Shown: positions 1-9,857, counted from the first letter of the stretch. The stretch: 32,000 nt of DNA from Candidatus Saccharimonadota bacterium (GCA_029715105.1 CP085695.1:90001-122000), one strand, 5' to 3'. Numbers and translations are program-made. The notes: a model not told the origin generated them from the letters alone.

Positions 1-2
1 CA

Positions 3-743
3 GTATCTTATATATATTATGCAGATAGGTTAAATCAATTGCCGCAGGGGATGATTGGTACTGCAATTGGTACAGTGCTCCTTCCTTTAATTTCAAAGCA
101 GATAAATAACACTGAAAATATAGTTAAAATACAGAGTAAGGCTCTTAATGTGGGGTTGACTTTGGTTATGCCAATAACTGCTGCTTTTATTATTATTCCC
201 GATAAAATTTTACTTACGCTTTTTTCCTATGGTAAATTTGATCATCATGCGGTGGAACAAATTACTCCTATATTGATAGCACTTTCTACTTCTTTACCTG
301 CGTTTATTATAAATAAAGTATTGTTACCTACATTTTTTGCTAATGGTAGTTTTAAAATACCAACTATATTCTCGTTGACATGTTTGGTAGTTAATATAGT
401 ATTGAATCTTTTATTAACACATAAGTATCAGCATATAGGGATTGCTATTGCCACTTCTATTTCTACTTGGATAAATTCTATATTATTAATTAACTATTTA
501 ACGGTAAATAGGATGTATAAGATTAGCCGAGTATTATTATTGAATATAATAAAAATTATTATTGCTACATTAATAATGTCAATAGTTCTTTATATTTTTA
601 GTTCATCGTTAGAGTGGTTATTTTTTGATAAAATATTTGTTCGCGTTATTTATTTGATAATATTGATATTTTTAAGTGTTATTGTTTATTTTGGTGCTCT
701 TTATTTAATGTTTAGCTGTAATCTCAAGTATATAAAACTATGA
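3..743 (+). CDS. murJ: Lipid II flippase MurJ/MviN, C-terminal part (5' end lies upstream of the window)
   Basis: The frame is open from base 3 (VSYIYYADRLNQLPQGMIGTAIGTVLLPLIS...). This matches the conserved MurJ segment YYADRL.QLP.G..g.ai.TvlLP. The rest is multi-pass hydrophobic. The stop overlaps the next ATG (ATGA at 740-743). Confidence 0.8.
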   Translation, partial: VSYIYYADRLNQLPQGMIGTAIGTVLLPLISKQINNTENIVKIQSKALNVGLTLVMPITAAFIIIPDKILLTLFSYGKFDHHAVEQITPILIALSTSLPAFIINKVLLPTFFANGSFKIPTIFSLTCLVVNIVLNLLLTHKYQHIGIAIATSISTWINSILLINYLTVNRMYKISRVLLLNIIKIIIATLIMSIVLYIFSSSLEWLFFDKIFVRVIYLIILIFLSVIVYFGALYLMFSCNLKYIKL

Positions 744-3277
744 GGTTTTTTGCATATGTAGTGTCACTAATTTCTTTAGTGTCGATTTCTTTATATGTTT
801 TCCTTTTTTTTAAAGATTGGAATAATTATAAGGAATATATCATACAGAAATTAGAAGACACATATGATATTAAAGTACATATTGGTGGAAAGATTAAGGT
901 TTTATTAGTTGCCCCGAAGCTTATTATTTATAACGTGAACGTTCAACATAATAATGTTAGCGAACAAAGATTATTAGATTTTATTAGTATAAATAAAATT
1001 GAAGTAAAGCCGTCTTTTTTATCATTGTTTCTACTTTCATTACAGTTAAAGTCGGTTACATTATTTGGTGCTGAAAGTAGTAAGGAAGGTATTATTGATC
1101 TTACAAGTAAGATCGGTAATAAAATTGATTTAATAATTAAAGATAGTAAAGTGAATTTGGGTAACAGTTTTATTGGTTATAACAATGTTGTTGATATAAA
1201 GGAAATTGCTATTAAGAGAAATGGACATTTTGTTGGTGAAATAAATGTAAACAGTAAAAATTATAATTTTTTGGGAAATGTTAATATTTTAAAAAAAAAT
1301 GTAAGTGTTAGTTTTGAATCGAATGTTATAAAATTTTTATTTACTGGTAGCAAAAATCAAAAAGAATTGCAAGGTAAGTTAATGTTAATAGTTAATAATA
1401 GTTCTAATTTTATAAATGATCTTATAAGGATTGTTAATCCTAGCTTCATTTCTGACATTATTCCTAGTGAAAGTATTGAGGTGTTTTCTAAAGTTAATTT
1501 TGATAATGATAGATTTATGGTAACTGATTTAAAAATTAATTCAAAAAGTATCAAAATTAATGGCACTATGAGCAACAATAGTAGGGACAATCATATTGAT
1601 ATTAATATTAGTTCTGGTAAAGTTGATTTAGATCATATACAAAATGATTTACGAAAAACAATAGAGGTAAGGGATTTTTTGGAATGTTTTAGAAAAGTTA
1701 TACCAAAAAATTTAAGTTTAGATTTTTATGTGAATGATTTAAATATCAAATATCAAAACAGGGAATTAGGTAAGTTTCATACTGCGTTAAAGTTTGCTGA
1801 TGCTGAAGCAGAAATTAGTATGTTAATTTGTTTTTCTGGAATTAACAATAAATTTCATTTATCGGGAAAAATATCAAGTAATGAAATTTTATCTGAATTT
1901 AATGGCGGTTTTCTTATAAAGGGGACTAATTTGGAGTCTTTTATTTCATATTTTTTACCTTTTAAAAATATGAAAGAGAATAAAGAAAATCAATTTAGAA
2001 TAACTTCCAAATTACACCTAGCACCTAGAATATTATATATTTCAGATATTAGATTATTATTAGGTGATAAAGAGTTTTTATATGGATCAATTAGAATAGG
2101 TTATATGGGAAAGCGCAATACTGTTAATGGTACGATTAGTATGCATAATTTTGATGCAGATAAATATGATTGTTCATTGTTTAATGATTTATTTGAAGTG
2201 AAATGGTTAAAAAGTTCTAGATATGATGTAAATATAGAGTTTAGTATTAGTAATACTGTGGTGAATAATATAAAAATTGAATATGTAAATTTTTTATTGA
2301 GGGTAGAGAAAGGTAAATTAATTTTAGACAATATAAAGTTATTAGGAAAGGATTTTGATGTAGTTGGTAATATAAAGATGTTGGTAGATAAAGAATATGT
2401 TAGGCCTTTACTAGATATTGATCTTGCTGGTAATAAATTTAATGGTAGTTTTTTAAAACTACCAAATTTATTAGAAATAAAAAGAGATTTTAAAAATGAA
2501 ATAAATCAGATTCAGTGGTCAAAAGATCAGACTATTATTTTAAATAATAAAAAAGATTTTGATGCAACTATAAAAATTAGTGTTCTAGAATTTAGAAATG
2601 ATCCTTCTATTTATAAAGATTTTAGCTTAAATGCAGTAATGATAAATAATATCGTTACCTTTAAAAGGGTGAACTATACATTCGGCTGCGGGAAACTATC
2701 TTTTCAAGGTTATTTAAGATCAGATTCAATATATGTAAGATTTTTTATAGAAAATTTAGACGTTAAGAGAGTTGCAAGGGCTGTAGGGGTTAATAATATA
2801 GATGGTCAGATAAATCTAGATGGTGTAATAAAAGCTAATGGAAAGAGTTTTAGTGATTGGGTTAATAATTTAACTGGGGAGATTAGTTTTCGAACAAAAG
2901 GAATAGAATTTACTAATGTAGATTTTAATTCATTTATTGTTAATTTATTGAATAGTAAGAATAAGTCTGAAATTTCAGTTTTTGCTAATTTTGATATGTA
3001 CAATGGTAGTACTTTCTTTGGAGATATTAATGGAAAAGCAAGTATTAAAAATGGTATATGTTCTACTAGTTTACAATTTAAAATTGATAAGGCGTCAGGA
3101 GTTGTTTCTTCTAATTTAGCTTTGTTTAATTTTACTTTGGTTTCATTATCAAGGTTTTTTTTTATTCCACAAGGTTATAATAATCCAATTTATATTGATA
3201 TGCACTTAGACGGCCCCATTTGGCGTTTAAAGATGAATTTTGATGAAGATCAAATATTTGCTTTTATAAAAAATTAG
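740..3277 (+). CDS. AsmA-family outer-membrane biogenesis / lipid-transfer-like protein (845 aa)
   Basis: It has an N-terminal TM anchor (MRFFAYVVSLISLVSISLYVFLFF). The N-terminal region aligns by eye to E. coli AsmA: DWNNYKEYIIQKLEDTYDIKVHIGG vs NDFRDYMVKQVAARSGYQLQLDG, and INKIEVKPSFLSLFLLSLQLKSVTLFGA vs MRLDVALLPLLSHQLSVKQVMLKGA. The long body is beta-rich. Confidence 0.7.
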   Translation: MRFFAYVVSLISLVSISLYVFLFFKDWNNYKEYIIQKLEDTYDIKVHIGGKIKVLLVAPKLIIYNVNVQHNNVSEQRLLDFISINKIEVKPSFLSLFLLSLQLKSVTLFGAESSKEGIIDLTSKIGNKIDLIIKDSKVNLGNSFIGYNNVVDIKEIAIKRNGHFVGEINVNSKNYNFLGNVNILKKNVSVSFESNVIKFLFTGSKNQKELQGKLMLIVNNSSNFINDLIRIVNPSFISDIIPSESIEVFSKVNFDNDRFMVTDLKINSKSIKINGTMSNNSRDNHIDINISSGKVDLDHIQNDLRKTIEVRDFLECFRKVIPKNLSLDFYVNDLNIKYQNRELGKFHTALKFADAEAEISMLICFSGINNKFHLSGKISSNEILSEFNGGFLIKGTNLESFISYFLPFKNMKENKENQFRITSKLHLAPRILYISDIRLLLGDKEFLYGSIRIGYMGKRNTVNGTISMHNFDADKYDCSLFNDLFEVKWLKSSRYDVNIEFSISNTVVNNIKIEYVNFLLRVEKGKLILDNIKLLGKDFDVVGNIKMLVDKEYVRPLLDIDLAGNKFNGSFLKLPNLLEIKRDFKNEINQIQWSKDQTIILNNKKDFDATIKISVLEFRNDPSIYKDFSLNAVMINNIVTFKRVNYTFGCGKLSFQGYLRSDSIYVRFFIENLDVKRVARAVGVNNIDGQINLDGVIKANGKSFSDWVNNLTGEISFRTKGIEFTNVDFNSFIVNLLNSKNKSEISVFANFDMYNGSTFFGDINGKASIKNGICSTSLQFKIDKASGVVSSNLALFNFTLVSLSRFFFIPQGYNNPIYIDMHLDGPIWRLKMNFDEDQIFAFIKN

Positions 3278-4167
3278 AGATATTGGGAGCTATGTTATAG
3301 AGTTTTAGTTCTTAAGATTGCTCTACAAAGTAATTTTGTATTTCAATTTCTTTATTAAGGAAGAAGTTTTCATAATGTAAAGTTTAGCTTTTATTTTGCT
3401 AATATATTTTAATTATATATTTTATTTTGGTATTTTAGGGGTTTTAAGTTTATAAAATTACAAAATAAGCTTGTGAATATATATAGTATGTAATAGAGAT
3501 AATAATTTTGTATTACTCTCTATTAAATTAAGAAGTAAATAATTTGTTTTGTGTTATTTTATTGGTTTAGTGATGGATGGTTTACTAAGAAGTAATAAAA
3601 CTTTCATTCATTTTGTATAGGAAATAATGTTAAGCGATGTTTTATACTATTGTTACTTTTATATTTCTTTATGTTTAATTTTTAGGTTTAATTTGTGACT
3701 ATAAATTATTATTATAGGGAAATTTGATAGCATTTTGATTTTATAATTTTAATTTGTAGGGGTTTTGTTTAAAGATAAGTGAATATTATTAGTTTGATAA
3801 AAGCAATAATTGATAAAAGTACTATTAAAATAGTGAGGTTTGATACAAAAATTGTAATTGTTATAGAGCTTTTTTATTGACAACTTTATTTTGCAATAGT
3901 TATGGAAAAAGTATTTTAAAAAGGTCTTTGTTAGGAAGTTAGAGAAGATGAAAGGGGGTTAATTTAATTAATAAATAAAGGAGTCAACGAATTGTTAATA
4001 TATTTATTATAATGTTATTAGTGTATTCATAATTGATAAAATAAAAGTACATAAGAGTTAGGAGAATGGTTTTTGTGTAGAAAATATAGGAGAGAAAAAA
4101 CTGATGAAGGATTAGTTTTGAGAAAATGGGTGTTATGATTAAAAAGGAAAATACAATTTTATAGGTG

Positions 4168-4734
4168 TTACTGTAATATTTTATTTGCTAGCAATTTTAT
4201 TGCTTTTGCGTAACATTTATGTTCTTTAGTTAGAATTCGTTTTGAAAGACTTTGAACATTGTCATTTGGTAAAACTGGTACAGCGATTTGAGTGATTATA
4301 GTACCTGCATCAACTTCAGGAATAACATAGTGTACAGTACAACCTGTAATTTTTACACCTGCTTTTAGAGCTTGCTCTTGAGGATTAAGGCCTTTGAAAG
4401 AGGGTAATAAAGATGGGTGAATATTTATAACTTTATTGTGCCATTTATTTAAAAAATCAGCTTTTAGAATTCTCATGAATCCTGCGAGACAAACTAAATC
4501 AACATTATGTTGAACAAGTATTTCGTGAATTTGATTAGTATCAAGTGGATTATTTCTAATAATATATGTTGAGATTTTTGCTAGTTTTGCTATTTTTAAT
4601 CCAGCAGCTTCATTTTTGTTTGTAATAACACATGCAACTTCCGCGGGGAAGTTATAGTTGTGACTTAATTTTATTAATGATTGCATATTTGATCCTCTTC
4701 CTGAGATAAGGATTCCAAGTTTTATTTTTTTCAT
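4168..4734 (-). CDS. purN: Phosphoribosylglycinamide formyltransferase (GAR transformylase)
   Basis: Motifs MKKIKLGILISGRGSNMQSLI, NIHPSLLPSFKG and GCTVHYVIPEVDAGTII are present. The ORF opens with TTG at 4755, but the first ATG (4734) gives the canonical N-terminus, so the start is 4734 or 4755. Confidence 0.85.
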   Translation of the reverse strand: MKKIKLGILISGRGSNMQSLIKLSHNYNFPAEVACVITNKNEAAGLKIAKLAKISTYIIRNNPLDTNQIHEILVQHNVDLVCLAGFMRILKADFLNKWHNKVINIHPSLLPSFKGLNPQEQALKAGVKITGCTVHYVIPEVDAGTIITQIAVPVLPNDNVQSLSKRILTKEHKCYAKAIKLLANKILQ

Positions 4735-4913
4735 TATAAATTTTGACTTAGTCAAATTAATTTTAACAAAAATATTTAAAAGGAAAATATATAGTTATAT
4801 GTAAATTTTTGTTTTATAAATAAGTTTTTAGTCATTGTTAATGATTAAACAAAGTTAATGTTGGATTTTTTAAGTATTAGGAAGTTATTTTAATAATTAA
4901 AGAAGAGAAATAA

Positions 4914-5441
4914 TTATTTAAATTGACCTAATTCTAAAACTTTTTTTTCTGTTATAAAGATGCTTTTTTTAAGACTTTTATCTATTAAATAAATAGTAGA
5001 TAAATAAGTTTTTCGTTTTTTTATAATGTCAATAGTTAAAGTACCAGGGGTAATTGTAATTGAATTTGCAAATAGTGTGATACTTTTATCATTATGTTTT
5101 TTACATTTTTTTACAATAATTATTGGTTCAAGTTTAAGTTTAATTTGCAAAATTTTTTTTGCTATATAGATGTTTGAAAAAATAATTTGGTATATTAACC
5201 ATGGTGTGTAGTTTATTAACAACTTGTAAAGTAATAATTTATTTGTTGTAGTATTTAAAATTTGGTTAAGGGTATTTTCATTATTTATTAATCGTTTAAA
5301 GATAAATAGTACAAATATAGATGAAAATATTCCACAGAAGATAAAAAATAATTTGAAATAACCAGATAACGTGATCCACAAAAAAAATAATGTTACAAAG
5401 GTAATGAAAAAAAAATAGTTTTTCTGTTTGTTCTGTACCAT
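4914..5441 (-). CDS. MrpE/MnhE/PhaE-like cation:proton antiporter subunit E (stand-alone)
   Basis: The 175-aa product has N-terminal hydrophobic helices (FFFITFVTLFFLWITLSGYF...). The segment LFANSITITPGTLTIDI resembles the subunit-E signature (..l.sLTPGTl..d.). ATG start with a GAAGGGA Shine-Dalgarno (SD) sequence upstream. Confidence 0.55.
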   Translation of the reverse strand: MVQNKQKNYFFFITFVTLFFLWITLSGYFKLFFIFCGIFSSIFVLFIFKRLINNENTLNQILNTTTNKLLLYKLLINYTPWLIYQIIFSNIYIAKKILQIKLKLEPIIIVKKCKKHNDKSITLFANSITITPGTLTIDIIKKRKTYLSTIYLIDKSLKKSIFITEKKVLELGQFK

Positions 5442-5845
5442 GTAAGTATCCCTTCTTAAAAATTTTTAAGAAACAGAAATAAAATACTGATTAAGTTTTA
5501 TACTTATTCATTTGTGTATTCTAATATGAAGTATTAATTATGTCAATTTGTCAAATAAGTTAAGTAAAGCACTATTATGAGTATGTGTTATATATGATTT
5601 GTATACTACGCTGTGAGATAACTTTTATTAAAAGAGAAGGGTGCGCGATATTAGTGTTTGTTTTTCTTATTATTAAGAATTAAAAAATTAAGAATGTTTT
5701 TGTTTAATATTTTAAATAAGGAGAATGTATGGAAAATTTTAGAATTAAGAAAAATTATATTTATTGTAATTAATCTAAATTTTTATTGCATAAATATATG
5801 TATTATTTTAATATAGCAGCACAAACTAAAATATAAGGGGAGTTT

Positions 5846-6457
5846 ATGAGTTTCACTTTATGCGAATTACCGTATGATAAGGCGGCTTTGGAGCCTTATG
5901 TATCTACGAGAACGTTAGATTTTCATTACGAAAAACACCATAGAGGATATTTAAATAAGCTTAATGAATTAATTAGAGATAACACTGATTACCAACAAAT
6001 AAAAATTGAAGAATTGATAATGAGAATTCATGGGAATAATGATGAGATTCTTATATTCAATAATGCAGCGCAGGTGTGGAACCATACTTTTTATTGGAGC
6101 TCAATGAGGAGAAACGGTGGTGGTAATCCTAAAAATAATAGTTTTATTGCAAAAAAAATCCAAAATGATATTGGGGGTTTTGATAAATTTTATGAAGATT
6201 TTACAAATTGTGGAATAAGTCAGTTTGGTAGTGGATGGGTATGGTTAGTTCTTGAAGATGAGAAGTTAAAAATTACTAAAACTGCAAATGCAGATTCACC
6301 ACTGATTTATAATCAAGTGCCATTGCTTACTATGGATGTATGGGAACATGCGTATTATCTGGATTGTCAAAACAACAGAGCTAATTATATAAAGATTTTC
6401 CTTGATTTTTTGATAAATTGGGATTTTGTAGAAGAGAATTTGAAGAAAAATATTTAA
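5846..6457 (+). CDS. sodB: Fe/Mn superoxide dismutase
   Basis: Metal-ligand and family motifs are present: LDFHYEKHH, AAQVWNHTFYW, GSGWVWL, DVWEHAYYLD. A purine-rich SD (TAAGGGGAG) lies just upstream of the ATG. Confidence 0.93.
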   Translation: MSFTLCELPYDKAALEPYVSTRTLDFHYEKHHRGYLNKLNELIRDNTDYQQIKIEELIMRIHGNNDEILIFNNAAQVWNHTFYWSSMRRNGGGNPKNNSFIAKKIQNDIGGFDKFYEDFTNCGISQFGSGWVWLVLEDEKLKITKTANADSPLIYNQVPLLTMDVWEHAYYLDCQNNRANYIKIFLDFLINWDFVEENLKKNI

Positions 6458-6458
6458 G

Positions 6459-7736
6459 ATGTACGTGTCAAAAATAGCAACAACAAAGTTGCCTAATGGG
6501 TTACGTATAGTAACGGAGCGGGTATGTGGTGTTAATTCTGTAGCTTTAAGGATATGGATTGGTCTTGGTAGTAGGGATGAGATGGCTAATCAAAGCGGAA
6601 TATCTCATTTTTTGGAGCATATGGCTTTTAAGGGGACAAAGACAAGAACTGCATTTGAAATTGCAAAGACTTTTGATGATATAGGTGGAATGTTTAATGC
6701 TATTACTTGTAGAGAGAGTACAAATTATTATATTAAAGTTCTTAAAAGAGATTTAAAAGTTGGTATTGATATTTTAGTAGATATATTGATGAATTCTACA
6801 TTCCCAGAAAATGAATTAGAACGTGAGAAAAACGTTGTAATACAAGAAATTTTTCAAACTAATGATTCTCCTGGAGATATTATATTTTATAAATATTTTG
6901 AAGCAGCTTATGGGGATCAGTCGTTTGGTAGATCTATTTTGGGAACACAAGATATTGTAAGGTCGTTTACTAGAGAGGATTTAAATAACTACGTAAATGA
7001 ACATTATTTTGGTGAGAATATGATATTTGCTGTTGCTGGAGATGTTGAACATGAGACAATAGTTCAATTAATTAAAAGTGTTCTTTCAGGAATTCGTACA
7101 AAAAAGTTAGGTAAAAAGCAAAATGTGAGTTTTATTGGTGGTGAGTATTTAGAGTATCGTAAGTTGGATCAGGTTAATTTGTTAATTGGTTTACCAGGTA
7201 TTTCTCGTTATAGTAATAAATATTACGTGTTTCAAGTACTTAATTCTATATTAGGATGTGGGGTGTCGTCACGTTTGTTTCAGGAGGTAAGAGAAAATAA
7301 AGGGTTAGCTTATTCTATCTATTCGTTTAATTCTAGTTACGCTGATACAGGGATATTCTCTATTTTTGCTAGTACGGATAGCAAGAATTTAGTTGATCTT
7401 TTAAAGGTTATAATAACAGAGTTGAAAAAGTTATCTATAGATGATTTGAAAAGAAATGAAGTAGATAGGGTAAAAGAGCGAATAAAATCTCAAATTTTAA
7501 TGTCGCGTGAGAGTGTAGATTCTCGTGCTGAAGCGTTGGGGTATTATTATGGTAGTTATAATAGGTACCTTAGTAAAGATGAGTTGATAGAAGGGATCGA
7601 TGTGGTTACTTCTATTAATGTGAAAGAAGCAGCAGAGAAACTGTTATCTCAATGTGAAAAGACTACTTTAGCTGCAATTGGGGAAATAAGGTCTTTACCA
7701 AGTCGTGATATAGTGATTTCTATGCTTAAAATTTAA
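6459..7736 (+). CDS. M16-family zinc peptidase, MPP-beta/PqqL-like, catalytic motif intact
   Basis: It carries GISHFLEHMAFKGT (an HxxEH zinc site) and the downstream Glu region EREKNVVIQEI. There is no N-terminal signal-like segment. The ATG is 1 nt after the sodB stop. Confidence 0.85.
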   Translation: MYVSKIATTKLPNGLRIVTERVCGVNSVALRIWIGLGSRDEMANQSGISHFLEHMAFKGTKTRTAFEIAKTFDDIGGMFNAITCRESTNYYIKVLKRDLKVGIDILVDILMNSTFPENELEREKNVVIQEIFQTNDSPGDIIFYKYFEAAYGDQSFGRSILGTQDIVRSFTREDLNNYVNEHYFGENMIFAVAGDVEHETIVQLIKSVLSGIRTKKLGKKQNVSFIGGEYLEYRKLDQVNLLIGLPGISRYSNKYYVFQVLNSILGCGVSSRLFQEVRENKGLAYSIYSFNSSYADTGIFSIFASTDSKNLVDLLKVIITELKKLSIDDLKRNEVDRVKERIKSQILMSRESVDSRAEALGYYYGSYNRYLSKDELIEGIDVVTSINVKEAAEKLLSQCEKTTLAAIGEIRSLPSRDIVISMLKI

Positions 7737-8240
7737 AGATTAATAAAATTTTGTTTGTATTTTTAATATTTTGGAGCTTATTTCGATTCATAAGTTTATA
7801 AGTGTAGTAGAGTTTTATTACTATAAAAACCAGAAACATTACAATAGTATTTAATATGTTTTTTTTATATTGAGATTATTTAGTAGTATAAACTAATTTT
7901 AAATGTTTTTACTTTTATTAAAGTACTGTTTATTATTAGGTATTAAAATAACTTTCAAAAAGGACGTATAATATGTAAAATAAATATAAAATAAAAGGTT
8001 GGGGTCGCATCATTAATCGGAGTTGTAATGAATGAGTTCTAATTTATTATTAGAATAAAGTATGTATAAGACAAAGAGAGAATATTATAAAATTAGGAAT
8101 ACATTTTCTTAAGAAGGATTTGTATGAAACTATTAGTAGCAAATTAGATTAGAGTTTAAATAAGTTAAATGTGTTTTATTTAACAGTCTTTACAAAGTTA
8201 TTAAAAAGTTATTTTATTTTGTATTTATTTTATATATATT

Positions 8241-9311
8241 TTAGCTTAAATCTATGTTAACATGTCCCATTTTACGTTTATTTTTAACTTCTTCTTTTCC
8301 GTATATAGTTATACTAGCTTTTGTGTTAATTAAATAATTATAAAAATTATATATATCATTGCCTATTATATTTTTTGTCATGCAAGGAAAACGTAGTTTT
8401 ACTTTTTGCATAGGCAATCCGCATATTATTCTAATTAGTTGTTCAAATTGACTGATGTTACATGCATCTAAGCTCCAGTGGCAAGAGTTATGGGGTCTTG
8501 GAGCTAGTTCATTAACTAATAAATTATTATTTTTGGTAATAAAAAATTCAATAGCAAGAATTCCTATTATATCAAGAACATTAGCTATTTTATGTGCTAT
8601 TTGTTTTATTTCTTGAGTTAGTCTTTTATCTATTTTAGCGGGTACTATTGAAGTATCTAGTATCCCGTTAATATGGTGATTTTCTGCTATGGGAAAAAAG
8701 TTTATATTACTATTTCTATCTCTTGCAATAACTATTGAGATCTCTTTTGATAAATCGATGCATTCTTCTAGAATATATTGGATGTTCCAATCTAAAGAAG
8801 CAAATTGTTTTATTTTAGAAGCATTTTCAATAATATATTGTCCTTTTCCATCGTAACCCATTTCTATTGTTTTTAATCTTGCTGGATAATTAAAATTACT
8901 ACTGTTCTCTAACAGTTCATTATAATTACGTATATGTTTATAGAAAGCGGTTTTTATACCTAAATTTTTAATAAATTTTTTTTCTCTTAATCTGTTTTGG
9001 GAAATATATAATGCTTTTTTGCTTGGATAAAAGTCTATATATTGTGATATAGTATTAACTACATTGCTAGGTATATTTTCAGATTCAATGGTAACTAGAT
9101 CTATACTTTTTATAAAAGATATAAGCATTCTATTATTAGAATAATCCGCTATAGATATGTTATTTGTAACAAAACAAGCTGGATCATTTTTATTATGGGC
9201 AAGAATATGTACTTTTTGTCCAAGTTTCGTTGCGGCAACAGCAATCATTTTACCTAATTGTCCAGCACCTATTATTCCTATTGTTTTTTTATTTAGCATA
9301 TTGTATTTCAT
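8241..9311 (-). CDS. purK: N5-carboxyaminoimidazole ribonucleotide synthase (ATP-grasp)
   Basis: Motifs IGIIGAGQLGKM, GYDGKGQ and VNELAPRPHNSCHW are present, and the length (356 aa) is typical of PurK. Confidence 0.88.
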   Translation of the reverse strand: MKYNMLNKKTIGIIGAGQLGKMIAVAATKLGQKVHILAHNKNDPACFVTNNISIADYSNNRMLISFIKSIDLVTIESENIPSNVVNTISQYIDFYPSKKALYISQNRLREKKFIKNLGIKTAFYKHIRNYNELLENSSNFNYPARLKTIEMGYDGKGQYIIENASKIKQFASLDWNIQYILEECIDLSKEISIVIARDRNSNINFFPIAENHHINGILDTSIVPAKIDKRLTQEIKQIAHKIANVLDIIGILAIEFFITKNNNLLVNELAPRPHNSCHWSLDACNISQFEQLIRIICGLPMQKVKLRFPCMTKNIIGNDIYNFYNYLINTKASITIYGKEEVKNKRKMGHVNIDLS

Positions 9312-9342
9312 TTATCATTCTGACTAGAGTATAACAACATAC

Positions 9343-9371
9343 TTGAAAAGAGTATAAAAATACTATACAAT
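9343..9371 (+). promoter_or_regulatory. Sigma-70-like promoter candidate for apaG (TTGAAA-17 nt-TACAAT)
   Basis: The -35 TTGAAA (9343-9348) and -10 TACAAT (9366-9371) each match consensus at 5/6 with a 17-nt spacer. It sits about 30 nt upstream of the apaG ATG, in the 90-bp divergent purK/apaG region. A 9-bp direct repeat AGAGTATAA (9326-9334, 9349-9357) overlaps it. AT-rich DNA gives chance matches. Confidence 0.4.
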
Positions 9372-9401
9372 CTGTGGAAATTTATTTACTGGACAATAAA
9401 T

Positions 9402-9806
9402 ATGGCTTTGGAATATACGCTTACTACTAATTCTGTTGAGGTTACAGTTTTGCCGGTTTATATCGAAGAGCAATCTATTCCTTATGAAGAATGCTATGTG
9501 TGGATGTATAATATTAAAATAAGAAATAAAAGCTCATCAACTATTCAATTATTAAGTCGTTACTGGCAAATAATAGATTATAAAGGAAAAGTAAATGAAA
9601 TTGCAGGTGCTGGCGTTATTGGAGAACAGCCCGTGATAAAACCAGGAGAGGTGTTTAGATATACAAGTGGGACATATCTAAACGCACCTTCTGGAATAAT
9701 GCAGGGTAGATATGAGTTTTTAAATGAAAAGAGTGCAAAAGTTTTTGAGGTTATGATACCGCCTTTTTCTCTGGATAGTCCGTATATAAATTCTAGACCA
9801 CACTAA
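9402..9806 (+). CDS. apaG: ApaG (DUF525) protein
   Basis: The 134-aa product has the core [37 protein letters not shown], which matches the ApaG pattern W.I.d..G....V.G.GVvG.qP.l.PGe.f.YtS. Confidence 0.85.
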   Translation: MALEYTLTTNSVEVTVLPVYIEEQSIPYEECYVWMYNIKIRNKSSSTIQLLSRYWQIIDYKGKVNEIAGAGVIGEQPVIKPGEVFRYTSGTYLNAPSGIMQGRYEFLNEKSAKVFEVMIPPFSLDSPYINSRPH

Positions 9807-9816
9807 ATTTATTTAG

Positions 9817-9857
9817 TTTTGTTGCATATTAGGTATATAGAGGCTTAGGCAACAAAA
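9817..9857. repeat. Inverted repeat TTTTGTTGC / GCAACAAAA (9-bp arms, 23-nt spacer) 10 nt downstream of apaG
   Basis: Perfect complementary arms lie at 9817-9825 and 9849-9857. No T-tract follows on the + strand, so it is not a canonical intrinsic terminator. Confidence 0.4.

Noticed and set aside
1291-1299. Homopolymeric A/T runs of 8-9 nt inside coding regions (the asmA-like gene here, and also rpsB, tsf and the mrpE-like gene) as possible slippage or phase-variation sites
   Set aside because: All affected reading frames are intact, and such runs are common in AT-rich genomes. There is no frameshift to explain.
1357-3003. Three minus-strand ORFs (1357-1590, 2101-2331, 2806-3003) inside the AsmA-family gene
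   Set aside because: They are antisense to a long, well-supported CDS. Their products are low-complexity Leu/Ile/Ser-rich, as expected from the reverse translation of AT-rich coding DNA. They have no SD and no recognisable motifs.
5729-5773. 14-codon mini-ORF (MENFRIKKNYIYCN) with an AAGGAG SD upstream of sodB
   Set aside because: It is too short and compositionally trivial in AT-rich DNA, and nothing indicates leader-peptide logic.
5786-5814. Promoter-like TTGCAT-17 nt-TAATAT upstream of sodB
   Set aside because: It matches only 3/6 and 4/6 of consensus. Such matches are expected by chance at this base composition, so it is not reported as a feature.
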